Source of the DNA: Azolla caroliniana
Lineage: Eukaryota; Plantae; Polypodiophyta
Reading direction: 5' to 3'
Assembly: GCA_043228905.1 (NCBI GenBank)
Contig: JBHGNT010000013.1
Location: 18,600,001-18,664,000, forward strand
DNA length: 64,000 bases
Program-made: the position numbers and the translations under genes
Part shown: one piece after another, positions 60,890-64,000 of the stretch
Layout of the letters: each line of letters starts with the position of its first letter
How positions within the stretch are numbered: the first letter of the stretch is position 1
The notes under the pieces: model-generated
What the model saw: the letters and a program-made list of their open reading frames with translations, nothing else
Database searches by the model: none
Told to the model about the DNA's origin: nothing

Positions 60890-61240
60890 AATGTAATGAC
60901 ATTGGGAAAGTAAGATTCCACAAGGTAAGATTCCTCAATGCATACGTCTTTCATTTTAAAACTTCTCAAGAATAGATCTTTCACCTTCTTTATGGTGTCC
61001 AATTGTTCTCCTCTTATAAATGAGTCATCAATGTACACGAGGATGAATGTTCTACAATTGGAATCATTTTGCATGTAGAGTGAGTTATCAATTCTGGAAA
61101 TATAAAATCCAATGTTGCATAAGTATTATGTGATTGTCGAGTTCCAAGACCTTAATGATTATTTTAGGCCCAATAATGGCTTCCATAACTGGCATATTAT
61201 TAATTGGATTTCTACATGGACTCATTCTCTCCCCTTTGCA
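60890..61240 (-). pseudogene. Ancient Copia RT fragment
   Basis: ILVYIDD...IKKVKDLFLRSFKMKD, with an upstream CQLWKPLLGLK relic. Confidence 0.6.
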
Positions 61241-63190
61241 TCCATGACAAGCGACTTTCTTCTATCTAGCTTTTTGACCATAATTATTTGAGATATACAT
61301 GTTTTTACTTTGGTATTTCTCTATTTAATTGAGATACCTTGTATGTTTCTCAGTTAGTAATTATTTATTTAATTAAGACATACATATCTCTTAATTGGTG
61401 CAGTGATTAGTTGTGTGTTAATTTTTGTTCAACCTAAGACACCTTCAAGACTTCTACAATTGCATGGAATGGAGAGGCAAGTGCTTTTATGTGTTGAAGT
61501 ATGACATGACCTTCGTCATTGGAGAGTGATATTCCTCAATACTTTTTTATTAGCCAACTGTGAGGAAGGTAACTCCTCAGGACTTGGTAGTTACCCTTCG
61601 AAGTTCAACACTCGACGATATGAATTGTGTTTCATCTTCTTCTAATAGCAATGTATGTTACTAACTTGTCTTGGTTGATAACATTACCTACATAGGCTCA
61701 AGTTGACTTGAAAATCCTTGATGAATCAATCCACTTCAATCCCTCGATTAGCTAACCATGAGGAAGGCAACCCCTCCAATGTATGAATTGTGTTTGCATC
61801 TTCTTCTAATAGTAATGTATGTTACCAACTTGTCTTGGTTAATAAAATTACCTACATAGGCTCAAGTTGATCCAAAATCCTCAATTTATTCATCCATTCC
61901 AAGCTAAAGTGTGATTTTTTATTCCTATTGAGATGCAATGACCTTATGTCTTGGCTCAAAATCTAGAATTAACCCCATGACCCATATCTGGTTAATCATG
62001 TTTTTTATTAGTGCCACTTTTGAAACTTTATTTAAAATGTGATAGATCTTTCAACCTCCGTTTGAATTGGCTTTGCACAAACCTCAAGTCAAATGCATTC
62101 ATATTTCTAGAGTTTTCTCATCTTTAAGAACAATTCATTTACATCGAGTTGTAAGTGTGAATGGACTTGGTTACTTTGGTGGTGCATTGGAATTGACCTC
62201 CTTCTAGTAAATAAGTCAATACCTAAAGTTTTGAAGACTTGGTTCATTTGCATATCAATCTAATCTCAACACTGCTAACACTAGATAAAAATATATGCTC
62301 ATTCTAACTTTGACATCACCCCCACTCATTTTTGTGACCTTTTTCTTGACAAGAGAAATAGTAAAAAAAACTATCATCACATGCATTATCCCCTAAACCT
62401 TACAAAAGCTTTCTATTTGAGTTGGGTTCATCTCAACCTAGATCTTTGGGTGATCCTTCGCCCTCATCTAACTAGGTCATCATCTTCCCTTTAGACCATG
62501 GCCAACATGGATTTTAGACAATGCAATTTTCAACATCTAGAGTACATTGAGATTTTCCTTTTTAGTGTATTCTAATCGCCTTCACCTCCTCCCTCCCATC
62601 TTCGTACTTTGTTTGGTTAGAGACCAAATTGATCACATCGAAGAAATATTTGATGCTAACACTTTATCATCTTAAGGACCCCCAGTTTTACTTGGTTGTT
62701 AGTACTTTTATCAAGGTAATTCTCCTATAAACCTTGTTGTTGCTAAACCTCATGAACTAAGTTAGACAACATTATCTTTCTTGTGCCCAATCTAGGCCGT
62801 TTCTTTGATGTGATCAATTTGGTCTCTAACACTTTATCATCTTAAGGACCCCCATTTTTACTTGGTTGTTAGTACTTTTATCAAGGTAATTCTCCTATAA
62901 ACCTTGTTGTTGCTGGGGGGGGGGTATGGGTGCCCAGCCCATCATTATCATTGGCTTCATAGTGATGATGGGGGGGGGTATGGGTGACCCTAATACATAC
63001 AAAGGAGGGGTATTTTTGGGAATTTCCCAAAAGTATAGAGAGAGCTGAAAGACTTCCATCATCTGTGCAGAGAGAGGCTGTTGTATGAGAGAGATTCCTC
63101 TGCATTTCTCCATTGATTGTGTGTGTGTGTGTGTGTGTGTGTGTCTGAGAAGTCCCAGAAGACCCAGGAGGAGGAGGAGGAGGAGAAGTT

Positions 63191-63305
63191 ATGGGATCCT
63201 TAGGTAAGGCTGTCTATTACATGGGACATTGGATCAGAGGAGCAGGGCAAGCTCTCGATCGAGTTGGATCTGCTCTGCAGGGTCGCCATGCATTTCAAGA
63301 ACACA
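63191..63305 (+). CDS. GAMMA-CA: First exon of a mitochondrial gamma carbonic anhydrase (complex I CA subunit); gene continues beyond the window
   Basis: MGSLGKAVYYMGHWIRGAGQALDRVGSALQGRHAFQEH resembles the plant gamma-CA N-terminus (MGTLGRA..GFWIRETGQALDRLG.RLQG); GTAAG donor at 63306. Confidence 0.88.
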
Positions 63306-64000
63306 GTAAGTTTCTTTTATCTATCTCTATGTTAATGTATACTTGTGGATTTCTTCTCCTTCTGAGAAACAAATGCTAGAACTTTCTCATAAACCTTCAA
63401 ACTGAGTTTAGTTTTAACCAATTATCCATCTCTATGTGTACGTATCAGTCTGGATTTTTTCTTCTCGTGAGAAACAAATTCTAGAACTTTCTCGTAAACC
63501 TTCAAACAGAGTTTAGTTTTAACATAAGGACTATTTTTTTTGTTAGAATAAATTTTGTTACCTGCGCTTTCCGCAAAAAAAGGCTAACGTTTTTAAGAGA
63601 CCCTTGAAATATGCTTTTAGAAACGCCAGAAACAACACACAATTTTTTTATCTTTACAAAAGGACTAGTGTTTTTTAAAGGAACCCTAGACAAGGAATAA
63701 CCATATTGTGATAATAGCGAGTTTTATTCAAATATTTTTGCTGAAAGAAAGAGAAATGTGAAGGATTTGAGATTTGAATGGTTCAAGAACTGAAGCCAAA
63801 TTATGTTAAATTATTGGTGTTTTTTGTATTTTTACCATACTTCTTGAGCTGTTGGTTCTCTATGTATACATACACACACACACACGTCTATAGGTTACCT
63901 ACATTGATAATGTATGGTCAAATAAGGCTAATTACCAATATTCATGCAAATTAAACTGCAAATTGTTGTCATAGCGAAGTCACATCATACGTGTATGCTC

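Overview
Eukaryotic (land-plant, probably non-seed plant) nuclear DNA. Bases ~1-46.6 kb are a deeply nested LTR-retrotransposon cluster that can be resolved exactly from LTR ends, PBSs and target-site duplications (TSDs). First nest: an old Copia fragment contains a tRNA-Arg-primed Tat/Athila-like Gypsy (1571-17115, TSD GTGAT), which contains a near-intact Copia (4197-9852, TSD ACTAT). Second nest: a minus-strand Copia (18561-46623) contains a second Copia (20161-29110) and a three-level stack of related tRNA-Trp-primed Gypsy-type elements (30747-44004 > 34476-43305 > 39562-43260). The Trp-primed family is the most interesting system here. It makes 4-bp TSDs centred on CpG. It has landed three times antiparallel in the first 20-91 bp of a relative's LTR. 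Most of its LTRs carry an antisense tRNA-like A-box/B-box module, and all three elements share a pre-PPT hairpin. Two members lack pol but carry long uninterrupted gag-derived ORFs. The last ~17 kb hold a decayed LINE, a PPR-like remnant, a compact 4-exon JAZ/TIFY gene, a tRNA-Asp(GTC) gene, a hAT MITE and exon 1 of a gamma carbonic anhydrase gene. Identities were counted by eye and no database searches were run.
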